Assembly: GCA_040767085.1 (NCBI GenBank)
Contig: JAXGPF010000008.1
Span: 160,001-224,000, forward strand
DNA length: 64,000 nt
Reading direction: 5' to 3'
Source: Kiritimatiellia bacterium
GTDB lineage: Bacteria; Verrucomicrobiota; Kiritimatiellia; JAAZAB01
Of this stretch, positions 28,490 to 37,395 are shown piece by piece. The notes under the pieces are model-generated. The model made no database searches. It saw only the letters and a program-made list of their open reading frames with translations, and was not told the origin of the DNA. A program made the translations under genes and the position numbers. Position 1 is the stretch's first letter. The number at the start of each line of letters is the position of its first letter.

Positions 28490-28813
28490 ATGCAAATTTC
28501 CTCAAACGTCCGCGATGACAATACGATCGTTTCGATTGCCGGCCGCCTGGATTCCGGGACGTCCGCGGAAGCGGAAAAACAGTTGCTGGCCCTGGTGGAA
28601 CGCGGCGCCCGCAAGATCGTGCTGGATTGCGCCGGTCTGGAGTATGTCAGCAGCGCCGGGCTGCGGGTGATGCTGGCGGTTGCCAAGCGCATGGGCGGCT
28701 TGCAGGGCCGTTTGACGCTGGCGGCGCCCGCGGCGCAAGTGCGCGAAATTCTGGATATCGCCGGTTTCGGCGACATTCTCCCTGTTTTTGCCACGGTGGA
28801 AGAGGCGCTTTGA
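28490..28813 (+). CDS. STAS anti-sigma factor antagonist (RsbV/SpoIIAA-like)
   Basis: GRLD, LEYVSSAGLRVML containing the phosphorylatable Ser; GAGG RBS. Confidence 0.93.
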   Translation: MQISSNVRDDNTIVSIAGRLDSGTSAEAEKQLLALVERGARKIVLDCAGLEYVSSAGLRVMLAVAKRMGGLQGRLTLAAPAAQVREILDIAGFGDILPVFATVEEAL

Positions 28814-29262
28814 TGTCTGCTGAACTGCGGCTTGCCGTGGATAATGATTTGCCGGCCATCAGCCGCTTGTGCGCCGCCTGCACCGAGTTCATGGAGCAGC
28901 GCGGGGTTTCCGCAGCCGGCATCTATGCCGTCAACCTGGCCCTGGAGGAAATGGTTACCAACATCGTCAAGTATGGTTATGACGACTTGGAACGCCATGC
29001 CATCCAGGTTTCCCTGCGCGTGGAAGGCGCAATGGCGACGCTTGTGCTGGAGGACGACGGGCATGCGTTCAACCCCCTGGACGTGCCCGCGCCGGATGTC
29101 CGGCAGTCGCTCCAGGAACGGCCGATCGGCGGATTGGGCATTCATTTGACCCGGAAAATGGCGGCTTCCATGGAATATCGCCGCGATGGCGGCCGCAACA
29201 TCCTGACGATTCATGTCCGGGCTAATCCAGCGCCCGCGGCGGCCGGTGGGGTACATGTTTAA
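28813..29262 (+). CDS. Anti-sigma Ser/Thr kinase (RsbW/SpoIIAB-like HATPase)
   Basis: LALEEMVTNIVKYG, EDDGHAFNP, GGLGIHL; TGATG coupling to the STAS gene. Confidence 0.93.
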   Translation: MSAELRLAVDNDLPAISRLCAACTEFMEQRGVSAAGIYAVNLALEEMVTNIVKYGYDDLERHAIQVSLRVEGAMATLVLEDDGHAFNPLDVPAPDVRQSLQERPIGGLGIHLTRKMAASMEYRRDGGRNILTIHVRANPAPAAAGGVHV

Positions 29263-30238
29263 TTCCGGGCATAATCATCGCTGGCTGGGGCTTGGTCTGG
29301 CGGGCTTGCTGGCCTGCCGCCTGGCGGCAGCGCAGCCGGATGCCCCGGCGATTTTCATTCCGCAGTGGAAGCACCAGGCCCAGTTTGCCGGTTTCTATGC
29401 CGCCATGGAGCAGGGTTTTTTCCAGCAGCGCGGCCTGGAAGTCAAAATGCTGGGCGGCGGCCCGGCGCAGCCGGCCATTCCCATGCTGGCCGAAGGCCGG
29501 GCCGAGTTCGGCACGATGTTTTTGGCCGATGCCATCCGGGCCCGCGCGCGCGGGACGCCGCTGGTTAACCTGGCCCAGTTGGTGCAGCGTTCGTCCCTGA
29601 TGCTGGTGGCCCGCCAATCGTCCGGCATCCGTTCGCCCGGCGATCTGGCCGGCCGGAAAGTCAGCTTGTGGTCCGATTTCCGTGTGCAACCGGAAGCATT
29701 ATTCCGCCAGTTTGGCGTGGCGCCGCAAATCATCAACCAGGGCGCCACCATCAACTTGTTTCTGCGCGGCGGCGTGGATGCGGCTTCCGCCATGTGGTAT
29801 AACGAGTACCATCTTCTGCTCAATGCCGGGCTGGATGCAGGGGAATTGACGGTGTTTTTTTATGACGATTTCGGGCTGAATTTTCCGGAAGACGGCATTT
29901 ATTGCCTGGCGCAGACCTGGCAGGAGCGCCCGGACCGGTGCCGCGCCTTCGTTCAGGCCGCCCTGGAAGGCTGGCGTTACGCCTTTGCCCACCCGGACCA
30001 GGTCCTGGACCTGGTCATGCGCCAGATGGCCGCCGGCGATTACGCCGCCAACCGCGCCCACCAGCGCTGGATGCTGGGGCGCATGCGCGATCTCATCATG
30101 CCCGCAGGCAGTCCGGCGGCCCTGGGCGAACTGCGGCAGGCTGACTTTCAGCGGGTGGCGGACGCTCTGCAGGCGCACGGCATGATCCAGACGCCACCGG
30201 CCTGGACGGATTTTTATGCAAACTGCCTCACACCATAA
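29255..30238 (+). CDS. NMT1/THI5-like periplasmic substrate-binding protein
   Basis: Signal peptide, [33 protein letters not shown]. Confidence 0.88.
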   Translation: MFNSGHNHRWLGLGLAGLLACRLAAAQPDAPAIFIPQWKHQAQFAGFYAAMEQGFFQQRGLEVKMLGGGPAQPAIPMLAEGRAEFGTMFLADAIRARARGTPLVNLAQLVQRSSLMLVARQSSGIRSPGDLAGRKVSLWSDFRVQPEALFRQFGVAPQIINQGATINLFLRGGVDAASAMWYNEYHLLLNAGLDAGELTVFFYDDFGLNFPEDGIYCLAQTWQERPDRCRAFVQAALEGWRYAFAHPDQVLDLVMRQMAAGDYAANRAHQRWMLGRMRDLIMPAGSPAALGELRQADFQRVADALQAHGMIQTPPAWTDFYANCLTP

Positions 30239-32231
30239 TCGGAATAAGTACTGCGGCTTGGCGTTCAAGCTCAGCGTCTGGATCCTTGCCGGCGCGGCGG
30301 CAGTGTTTCTGACGGTGTTCTTCTATTATTTTTTCAATACGCGCCGCATGGCCCTGCGGGATATCGAGGAAAATATACGGCATCTGACCCTGGCCACGGT
30401 CAGCCGGGTGGAAACGGTTTTTCAATCCACGGAACGCATTCCCGGTTACATGGCGGCCCTGCTGGAGCAGCCGGACTTGCGGTTGGCGGCATTGCCCGGG
30501 CTGATCAGCAATGCTGTCGCCGCCAATCCGGTGGTGTACGGTTGCGCGGTAGCCTTTGAACCTCACGCCGCCGACACGGCCCGCCTGTATTACGCGCCTT
30601 ACGTTTGCCGCAGTCCGGCGGGACTGGAAATGCTGTGGCTGGGCGGGACCAACTACCACTATTTCGACTGGGACTGGTACCAGATTCCCCGCGAGCTGGG
30701 CCAGCCTATCTGGAGCGAGCCGTATTACGATGAATCCGGCGGGCAGATGCTGATGACCACTTATGCGGCGCCATTTTATCTCCGGCCGGCGGGGCAGCGG
30801 CGGCTGGGCGGCGTGGTCACGGCGGATATCACCCTCGAACGCCTGGTGGAAATGGTCGGGCAGGTGTCGGTTTTCTCGTCCGGGTACGCTTTCCTGATTT
30901 CCCGGAACGGCGTGTTCCTGGCGCATCCCGACCAGTCGCTGGTCATGCGCGAAAGCATCTTCAGCCTGGCGGATGAGGCGGGCGATCCGGAATTGCGCCG
31001 GGTGGGCCGGGCGATGTTGCGGGGCGGCAGCGGCATGGCGCGCATCAGTTACCCGCGCCTGGCGCGGCGCCGGGCGCGGATGTACTATGCCCCCCTGGCA
31101 TCGCTGGGCGGGTCGCTGGGGGTGGTGGTGCCGGAAAACGAACTGTACGCCGGGGTGTACGCTCTGGGCCGGCGCGCCGTCCTGTTCGCCGCCGCCGGAT
31201 TGGCGGGGCTGGCCCTGATGGTGGCCTGCATCGCCCGCGCGATTGCGCGCCCGGTGACCGCGCTGGCCCAGAGCGCCGCGGAAGTGGCCGCCGGCCGGTT
31301 GAACGCCGCCGTGCCGGAAGTGCGTTCGCGCGATGAAGTGGGCGTGCTCGCCCGTGCTTTCCGGGGCATGACGGCCAGCCTGGCGGCCCTGGTCCGGCAA
31401 GTGCAGGCCGCCGCCGCCCGCCTGGTGGAGACTGCCGCCGGCATGACCGATAACCTGCGCCGGCAGGAAAACACGGTGGCGGAATTCGGCGCTTCCACGT
31501 CGGAGATCGCGGCGGCCGTCAAGGAAATTTCGGTTACCGGCCAGGAATTGGCGCATACCATGCAGGAATTGCAGGATGCCGCCGCCGCGGCCGCCGCCCT
31601 GGCGGACAGCGGGCGCAGCGGCCTGGGCGCCATGGACGGTTCGATGCGGCGTCTCGAAGCGGCGGCCGGATCCCTTGCCGCGCGCCTGGCGGCCATCAAT
31701 GCCAAGACCGCCAGCATCAACAACATGGTGGCCATTATCAACCAGGTGGCGGAACAGACCAACCTCCTGTCGCTGAATGCCGCGATTGAGGCGGAGAAGG
31801 CCGGCGAATACGGCCGGGGGTTCGCCGTGGTGGCCCGCGAAATCCGACGCCTGGCCGACCAGACGGACGTCGCCGGGACTGATATCCGGCGGACGGTGCG
31901 GGAAATGCAGGCTTCCGTTTCAACCGGCGTCATGGAAGTGGATAAATTCAACAACGAAGTGGGGGCCGGCTTGCATACCGTCAACGGGGTGGTGGCGCAG
32001 CTCGGTCGGATTATCGAACAAGTCCAGACCTTAAGTTCGCGGTTCGTGCTGGTGAACGAGGGCATGCACGCGCAATCCGCCGGGGCGCGCCAGATCAGCG
32101 AAGCCATGGCTTCCCTGAACGAGGCAGCCCGGAAAACCGTCGAATCCCTGGGTCGTTTCAGCGCCTCCGCCGGACAATTGAAAGACGCCGCCGGGCAGTT
32201 ACAGTCGCAGACGGAGCAATTCCGGGTGTAA
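30216..32231 (+). CDS. Methyl-accepting chemotaxis protein (dCache-HAMP-MCP) with WspA-like signalling domain
   Basis: TM, dCache ([26 protein letters not shown]), TM, HAMP ([10 protein letters not shown]), [38 protein letters not shown]. Confidence 0.93.
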   Translation: MQTASHHNRNKYCGLAFKLSVWILAGAAAVFLTVFFYYFFNTRRMALRDIEENIRHLTLATVSRVETVFQSTERIPGYMAALLEQPDLRLAALPGLISNAVAANPVVYGCAVAFEPHAADTARLYYAPYVCRSPAGLEMLWLGGTNYHYFDWDWYQIPRELGQPIWSEPYYDESGGQMLMTTYAAPFYLRPAGQRRLGGVVTADITLERLVEMVGQVSVFSSGYAFLISRNGVFLAHPDQSLVMRESIFSLADEAGDPELRRVGRAMLRGGSGMARISYPRLARRRARMYYAPLASLGGSLGVVVPENELYAGVYALGRRAVLFAAAGLAGLALMVACIARAIARPVTALAQSAAEVAAGRLNAAVPEVRSRDEVGVLARAFRGMTASLAALVRQVQAAAARLVETAAGMTDNLRRQENTVAEFGASTSEIAAAVKEISVTGQELAHTMQELQDAAAAAAALADSGRSGLGAMDGSMRRLEAAAGSLAARLAAINAKTASINNMVAIINQVAEQTNLLSLNAAIEAEKAGEYGRGFAVVAREIRRLADQTDVAGTDIRRTVREMQASVSTGVMEVDKFNNEVGAGLHTVNGVVAQLGRIIEQVQTLSSRFVLVNEGMHAQSAGARQISEAMASLNEAARKTVESLGRFSASAGQLKDAAGQLQSQTEQFRV

Positions 32232-32301
32232 GGGCGCACAGGGCGGCGGGCGCGCGGCCGGATTGTTTGTCCGCGTCCGGGAAATGAGGGAGTAAATTTT
32301 G

Positions 32302-32829
32302 ATGCCTTCGACCCAACCCTTGATTTCCGAACGCCGCCTGCAGCGCCGGGTCCGGCGCCTGGCGGAAGCGATTGCCGCGGATTTCGCCGGAGGCGAGGTG
32401 GTGCTGGTCGGGCTGATGCAGGGCAGTTTTGTTTTCGTCGCCGACCTGATCCGCCAGTTGCACACCCGGCGCCTGCCGTTGATCGTGGATTTTATGGCGG
32501 TTTCAAGCTACGGCGCGCGGCGCTGCTCTTCCGGCCGGGTGCGGCTGCTGCGGGATTTGGGCGTCGGCATCCGCGGCCGGCGCGTGCTGCTGGTGGACGA
32601 CATCATGGATACCGGCCGGACCTTGCATTGCGTGGAAACCATTTTGCGCCGCCGCCGGCCGGCCGTGTTGAAAACCTGCGTGCTGCTGGACAAGCCGGCA
32701 CGGCGGGCGGCGGGGCGCAGTCCGGATTATGTCGGCTTCGCCATTCCCGATGAATTTGTGACGGGATACGGGCTGGATTACGCCGGCCGGTACCGCGAGC
32801 AGCCGTTTGTGTCGGCGCTGCCGCGGTGA
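32302..32829 (+). CDS. hpt: Hypoxanthine phosphoribosyltransferase
   Basis: GSFVFVADL, VSSYG, VLLVDDIMDTGRTL, LLDKP, FVTGYGLDY. Confidence 0.93.
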   Translation: MPSTQPLISERRLQRRVRRLAEAIAADFAGGEVVLVGLMQGSFVFVADLIRQLHTRRLPLIVDFMAVSSYGARRCSSGRVRLLRDLGVGIRGRRVLLVDDIMDTGRTLHCVETILRRRRPAVLKTCVLLDKPARRAAGRSPDYVGFAIPDEFVTGYGLDYAGRYREQPFVSALPR

Positions 32830-32859
32830 TGCCCCGTGCGCGCAATGCGCATGATAGGT

Positions 32860-32887
32860 TTGACATCATGCCGGCGCGGTTTATACT
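32860..32887 (+). promoter_or_regulatory. Sigma70-like promoter
   Basis: TTGACA (32860-32865), 16 bp, TATACT (32882-32887). Confidence 0.65.
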
Positions 32888-32962
32888 GTATCTTTTGCTT
32901 TATTGATTGCCGGCGGCGGCGCCGGCATGGCCCATCGCAATAAATAAAGGAACGGCCGGAAC

Positions 32963-34147
32963 ATGGCGAAGCGTCGCGCAAAGAATTCGCAGATCAGGAT
33001 CGGCGTCATCGGGGTATCCGGACGCGGCAAACTGGCCCAGAGCCTGCACCAGCCGCAAGGCGACGCCGTGGTGGTGGCCGGCGCGGATATCCACGCCGGA
33101 TTTGCCGGAGATTTCCGGGCCGCTTACGGCGCGGATGCTTTTTTCACCGCCGATTACCGGCGCTTGCTGGAGCGGAGCGATATTGACGCCGTGGTGGTGA
33201 CGTCGCCCGATTATTGCCATGCCGAGCATGCCGTGGCCGCCTTGCAGGCCGGCAAGCATGTTTACTGCGAAAAACCTCTGGCCATCACCGTGGCGGATTG
33301 CGACCGGATTTTGAAGGCTTACATGGCCTCCGGCCGCCATCTCATGATGGGGTTCAACATGCGTTACATGAACATCTTCCGCTGCATGAAGGAAATCGTG
33401 GATTCCGGCGCCATCGGCGAAATCAAGGCGGTCTGGGTGCGCCATTTCGTCGGCCATGGCGGCCGCTGGTATTTTCACGACTGGCATGCCAACCGCCGGA
33501 AGAGCACCAGCCTGCTGCTGCAGAAGGCCTCGCATGACTTTGACATGATCCACTGGATTGCCGGCGATTATACCGCCAAGGTGGCGGCGTTCGGCGGCCT
33601 GGATTTTTACGGCGGCCGCATACCTGACCGGCGCGAATGCCCGTCCTGTCCGGACCGGCGCACTTGCCCGGAATACCAGGAATGGCCGCACCACCAGTCC
33701 TGCTGCTTCCGGAGAGAAGTCAACGTGGAAGACAACAGCGTGGTGATCATGCAGCTTGCGCGGGGCATCAAGGCCTGTTACACCCAGTGCCATTTCACGC
33801 CCGACTACTGGCGGAATTATGTTTTCATCGGCACGGAAGGCCGGATGGAAAACCTGGATGACCACAGCGAAGTCATCGTGAAAACGCGCAAGGGCCGCCA
33901 ATGGAAAAATCTCTCCGATCGCCGCTACGCCGTGAAAAAAGCCGAAGGCACGCATGGCGGAGCCGACCCGGTCATCTGCCGGGATTTCCTGGACCTGCTG
34001 CTGAAGGGCAAGCAGCCGGCCTCATCCCCCCTGGCCGGCCGCATGAGCGTGGCGGTCGGTTGCGCGGCGACAGAATCGTTGCGCGCGGGCGGCCGCGTCG
34101 TGGCAATCCCGCCGCTGCCGGCGGGCTTGCGGGGGCTGCAAGGCTGA
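32963..34147 (+). CDS. Gfo/Idh/MocA family oxidoreductase
   Basis: IGVIG Rossmann motif, GKHVYCEKP, GFNMRY, LLLQKASHDFD, HGGAD. Confidence 0.92.
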   Translation: MAKRRAKNSQIRIGVIGVSGRGKLAQSLHQPQGDAVVVAGADIHAGFAGDFRAAYGADAFFTADYRRLLERSDIDAVVVTSPDYCHAEHAVAALQAGKHVYCEKPLAITVADCDRILKAYMASGRHLMMGFNMRYMNIFRCMKEIVDSGAIGEIKAVWVRHFVGHGGRWYFHDWHANRRKSTSLLLQKASHDFDMIHWIAGDYTAKVAAFGGLDFYGGRIPDRRECPSCPDRRTCPEYQEWPHHQSCCFRREVNVEDNSVVIMQLARGIKACYTQCHFTPDYWRNYVFIGTEGRMENLDDHSEVIVKTRKGRQWKNLSDRRYAVKKAEGTHGGADPVICRDFLDLLLKGKQPASSPLAGRMSVAVGCAATESLRAGGRVVAIPPLPAGLRGLQG

Positions 34148-34227
34148 GGCGGCGGGCGCCGCCCGCCGGGCCGACCCCGCGCCGGTGCGGATTGATCAAT
34201 CACAATCGTTAAGGAAAGGCGGAGCAT

Positions 34228-34581
34228 ATGGAAATTGCGGTTCAGGCTGATGCGGCGAATGAGGTGCTGGTTTGGTCTTTGCGCGGCCGGCTGGATGTGG
34301 CGGGCGTGCAGGCCATAGAAGCCGAATTTAAACGGCAGACGCAACTGGCGGCCCAGCCGGTTTTACTGGAGATGTCCGGCGTGGAATTCATGGGGTCCCT
34401 GGGCATCCGCCTGCTGCTGGCGGCCGCCAAGGAGCTGCAGCAGCGCTCCCTGCCGATGGTTTTCCTGAAGCCGACGGCTTTGGTCGAGGACACCTGGTAT
34501 TCCGCCGGCCTGGCGGAAATCGTGCCGGTGGAGCACGATTTCGACAGCGCCGTGGCCGCCTGCCGGGAACGCGGCGGGTAA
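34228..34581 (+). CDS. STAS domain protein (anti-anti-sigma-like)
   Basis: LRGRLD, VEFMGSLGIRLLL; GGAG RBS. Confidence 0.85.
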   Translation: MEIAVQADAANEVLVWSLRGRLDVAGVQAIEAEFKRQTQLAAQPVLLEMSGVEFMGSLGIRLLLAAAKELQQRSLPMVFLKPTALVEDTWYSAGLAEIVPVEHDFDSAVAACRERGG

Positions 34582-34598
34582 GCCGCGGACTGAAGTTT

Positions 34599-36200
34599 AT
34601 GAGCATGCAAATTCTTGACTTTGATTTCCTGGTCGTGGGCAGCGGCATCGCCGGGTTGATGTCGGCCATCCACCTTGGCCGGCATGGCCGGGTGGGAGTG
34701 CTGACCAAGAAAGACCGGGCGGAGAGCAACACCAACTACGCCCAAGGCGGGATTGCCTGCGTGGTGGCTTCGGATGACAGCCTGCAGGAGCATGTCAACG
34801 ACACCCTGGTGGCCGGCGCCGGCTTGTGCGACAAGCAGGTGGTGGAGGACATCCTCAGCGCCGGTCCGGCGCGCATTGCGGAGTTGGAACAATTCGGCTT
34901 GAAGTTCGCCGAACTGCCGCCCACGGAAGCCGGCCGGTACGACTTGGGCCGCGAAGGCGGGCATTCCCGCCGGCGGGTGCTGCACTGCGGGGATATCACC
35001 GGCCGCGAAGTGGAGCGGTTGTTGCTGGACCGCGTGCGGGCGATGCCGGACGTGTCCGTCCTGGAACATTGCATGTGCATAGACCTGGTCACCACGGGCC
35101 ACCTGGGGCTGTCCGGGGAAAACCGCTGCGTGGGCGTCTATTTTCTCGATCAGCGGACCGGTAAAATTTCCGCCGGGCGCGCGCCTTATACCATTCTGGC
35201 CACGGGCGGCGGCGGCAAGGTTTATCTTTACACCAGCAATCCGGACATCGCCACCGGCGACGGACTGGCCATGGCCTGGCGCGCCGGCGCGCCGGTCAAG
35301 AATCTGGAATTCATTCAGTTTCATCCCACGTGCCTGTATCATCCGGATGCCAAGTCTTTCCTGATCAGCGAAGCCGTGCGGGGCGAGGGCGCCGTGCTGG
35401 TGGATGCGGCGGGCGCGCCTTTCATGGAGCAATACGATCCCCGCGGTTCGCTGGCGCCGCGCGATGTGGTGGCCCGCGCCATTGACCATGCCATGAAAGC
35501 CAGCGGCGCCCGCTGTGTCTATCTCGATATCCGCTCCAAGTCCGAGGAGTTCCTGCGGCGGCGTTTCCCGAACATTTTCGCCGCCTGCCTGAAGTTCGGC
35601 GTGAACATGGCGCGCGACCTGATTCCCGTGGTGCCGGCGGCGCATTATTTCTGCGGCGGCATCGCCGCCGGCGTGGATGGCACGACGGCGATGCCGGGCT
35701 TGCTGGCTTGCGGCGAAGTGGCCTGCACCGGCCTGCATGGCGCCAACCGCCTGGCCAGCAATTCGCTCCTGGAAGCCCTGGTTTGCGCGCATGCCATGTC
35801 GGAAAAACTGGCGGCGCTGCCGCGCGCGCGGCCGGCCGTCGCCATCCCGGATTGGCGCGCCGGCTCGGCGGCGCCCAGCCATGAAGAGGTGGTGATTGCG
35901 CATAACTGGAATGAAGTGCGCACTTGCATGTGGGATTACGTCGGCATCGTGCGCGGCAACCGGCGGCTCGAGCGCGCCTTGCGCCGCATTGCGAATTTGC
36001 AGGCGGAAATCCGCGAGTATTATTTCGATTACATCGTGACCGGCAACATCCTGGAGTTGCGCAACATCGCCGCCGTGGCGGAAATCATCATCCGGTCCGC
36101 CATGCAGCGCCGCGAAAGCCGCGGTCTGCACTATACGCTCGATTACCCGGAAACGGATCAGACCCAGCTGCCGCGCGACACGATCCTGCGCCGCGGCTGA
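34599..36200 (+). CDS. nadB: L-aspartate oxidase
   Basis: GSGIAGL, SNTNYAQGGIA, REGGHSRRRVLH, QFHPT, SEAVRGEG, PAAHYFCGG, GLHGANRLASNSLLE, ESRGLHY. Confidence 0.96.
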   Translation: MSMQILDFDFLVVGSGIAGLMSAIHLGRHGRVGVLTKKDRAESNTNYAQGGIACVVASDDSLQEHVNDTLVAGAGLCDKQVVEDILSAGPARIAELEQFGLKFAELPPTEAGRYDLGREGGHSRRRVLHCGDITGREVERLLLDRVRAMPDVSVLEHCMCIDLVTTGHLGLSGENRCVGVYFLDQRTGKISAGRAPYTILATGGGGKVYLYTSNPDIATGDGLAMAWRAGAPVKNLEFIQFHPTCLYHPDAKSFLISEAVRGEGAVLVDAAGAPFMEQYDPRGSLAPRDVVARAIDHAMKASGARCVYLDIRSKSEEFLRRRFPNIFAACLKFGVNMARDLIPVVPAAHYFCGGIAAGVDGTTAMPGLLACGEVACTGLHGANRLASNSLLEALVCAHAMSEKLAALPRARPAVAIPDWRAGSAAPSHEEVVIAHNWNEVRTCMWDYVGIVRGNRRLERALRRIANLQAEIREYYFDYIVTGNILELRNIAAVAEIIIRSAMQRRESRGLHYTLDYPETDQTQLPRDTILRRG

Positions 36201-36254
36201 GACTCAAAACCGCCGGAACGCCGTTATTCGTAAAACGTGTAAAAAGGGGTACGC

Positions 36255-37172
36255 ATGAAACGCAAAAAACAGTTGATTACCCGCCGCCGATTCCTGACGG
36301 CAGTCACGGCGGCGGCCGCCGGCGCGGCCTGCCGCCCGGCCTGGAGCGCGGCGGCGGCAGCGTCCGCGGCGCCGGCATCCGCCTTGTGGGTGATCCACGG
36401 GGAAGACCCGGCCGCCATGCTGCAAGCCGGCATGCAGCGCATGGGCGGCTGGGCGGCCTTTGTCAAACCGGGACGCGCCGCGGTGTTGAAGCCCAATGCG
36501 GCCTGGGCGAGTCTGCCGGAACAGGGCGGCAACACCGATCCGGTCCTGGTGGAACACTGCGTGCGCACCTGCCTGGCGGCGGGCGCCGCGGAAGTGATTG
36601 TGCCGGAAAAGCCCTGTTCGCCCGCCAAGGATGCCTTCCGCCTGAGCGGCATCGAGGCGGCGGTCCGGCGCGCCGGGGGCAGAATGTACACGCCGCGGGC
36701 GGAACATTTCCAGCAGGTGGAGTTGCCGCGCGCCGTCATTTTGAAGCAGGCGGACGTGATCCGGGACGTGCTGGAGGCGCCCTGCCTGATCAACATGCCG
36801 GTGGCGAAGTCGCACGGGGGCGCCACCCTGACGCTGTCCATGAAAAACTGGATGGGCGTGGTGCAGGACCGCGGTTTCTGGCACAAGAATAAATTGCATC
36901 AATGCATCGCCGATTTCAGCACCCTGGTGCGTCCGCACCTGATCATTATTGACGCCACGCGCATCATGCTGACCGGCGGCCCGCGCGGTCCGGGCAAACT
37001 GGCCCATCCCCATCAGGTCATCTTCGGAACCGACCCGGTGGCGGCGGACGCCTATGCGGCGACGCTGTTCGACAAGCAGCCGTTTGACATCCAGCATATC
37101 CGCCTGGCGCATGAAATGGGCGTGGGCTGCGGCGACCTGGCGGCGGTCAAGGTGGAACATATCAAGGTTTGA
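36255..37172 (+). CDS. Tat-exported DUF362 domain protein
   Basis: TRRRFL twin-arginine signal, VLKPN, NTDP, PVAKSH, TLSMKNWMG, DPVAADAY. Confidence 0.88.
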   Translation: MKRKKQLITRRRFLTAVTAAAAGAACRPAWSAAAAASAAPASALWVIHGEDPAAMLQAGMQRMGGWAAFVKPGRAAVLKPNAAWASLPEQGGNTDPVLVEHCVRTCLAAGAAEVIVPEKPCSPAKDAFRLSGIEAAVRRAGGRMYTPRAEHFQQVELPRAVILKQADVIRDVLEAPCLINMPVAKSHGGATLTLSMKNWMGVVQDRGFWHKNKLHQCIADFSTLVRPHLIIIDATRIMLTGGPRGPGKLAHPHQVIFGTDPVAADAYAATLFDKQPFDIQHIRLAHEMGVGCGDLAAVKVEHIKV

Positions 37173-37216
37173 GCCGGCGGCGGGTTATGGGCGGGCTGCC
37201 TCATTCTCAGAACAGA

Positions 37217-37379
37217 CGGCTCGGTACGGAGACCTCGCCCTACCATTTGACAAGCATTATTTGTGGGTAGGGAGAGATCCCGCTCAAAGCGGGGTAAACC
37301 TCCGGCTTGTCCCGCCTGGCGCGGGAGCGAGCCGCCGAGAATGACGCAACTGTGGGATTCCCTGCGGGATTAACCCGCA
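37217..37379. repeat. REP-like GTAG inverted pair with nested CCCGC...GCGGG mini-hairpins
   Basis: Reverse complement of 37217-37244 is ggtagggcgaggtctccgtaccgagccg; an interrupted copy lies on + at 37266-37334. Confidence 0.6.
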
Positions 37380-37395
37380 ACAGAGGAAGCGTGGG

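Noticed and set aside
23209-32231. Flagellar chemotaxis operon
   Set aside because: No stand-alone CheY, CheZ/CheX or flagellar genes; the components match the Wsp alternative-function type.
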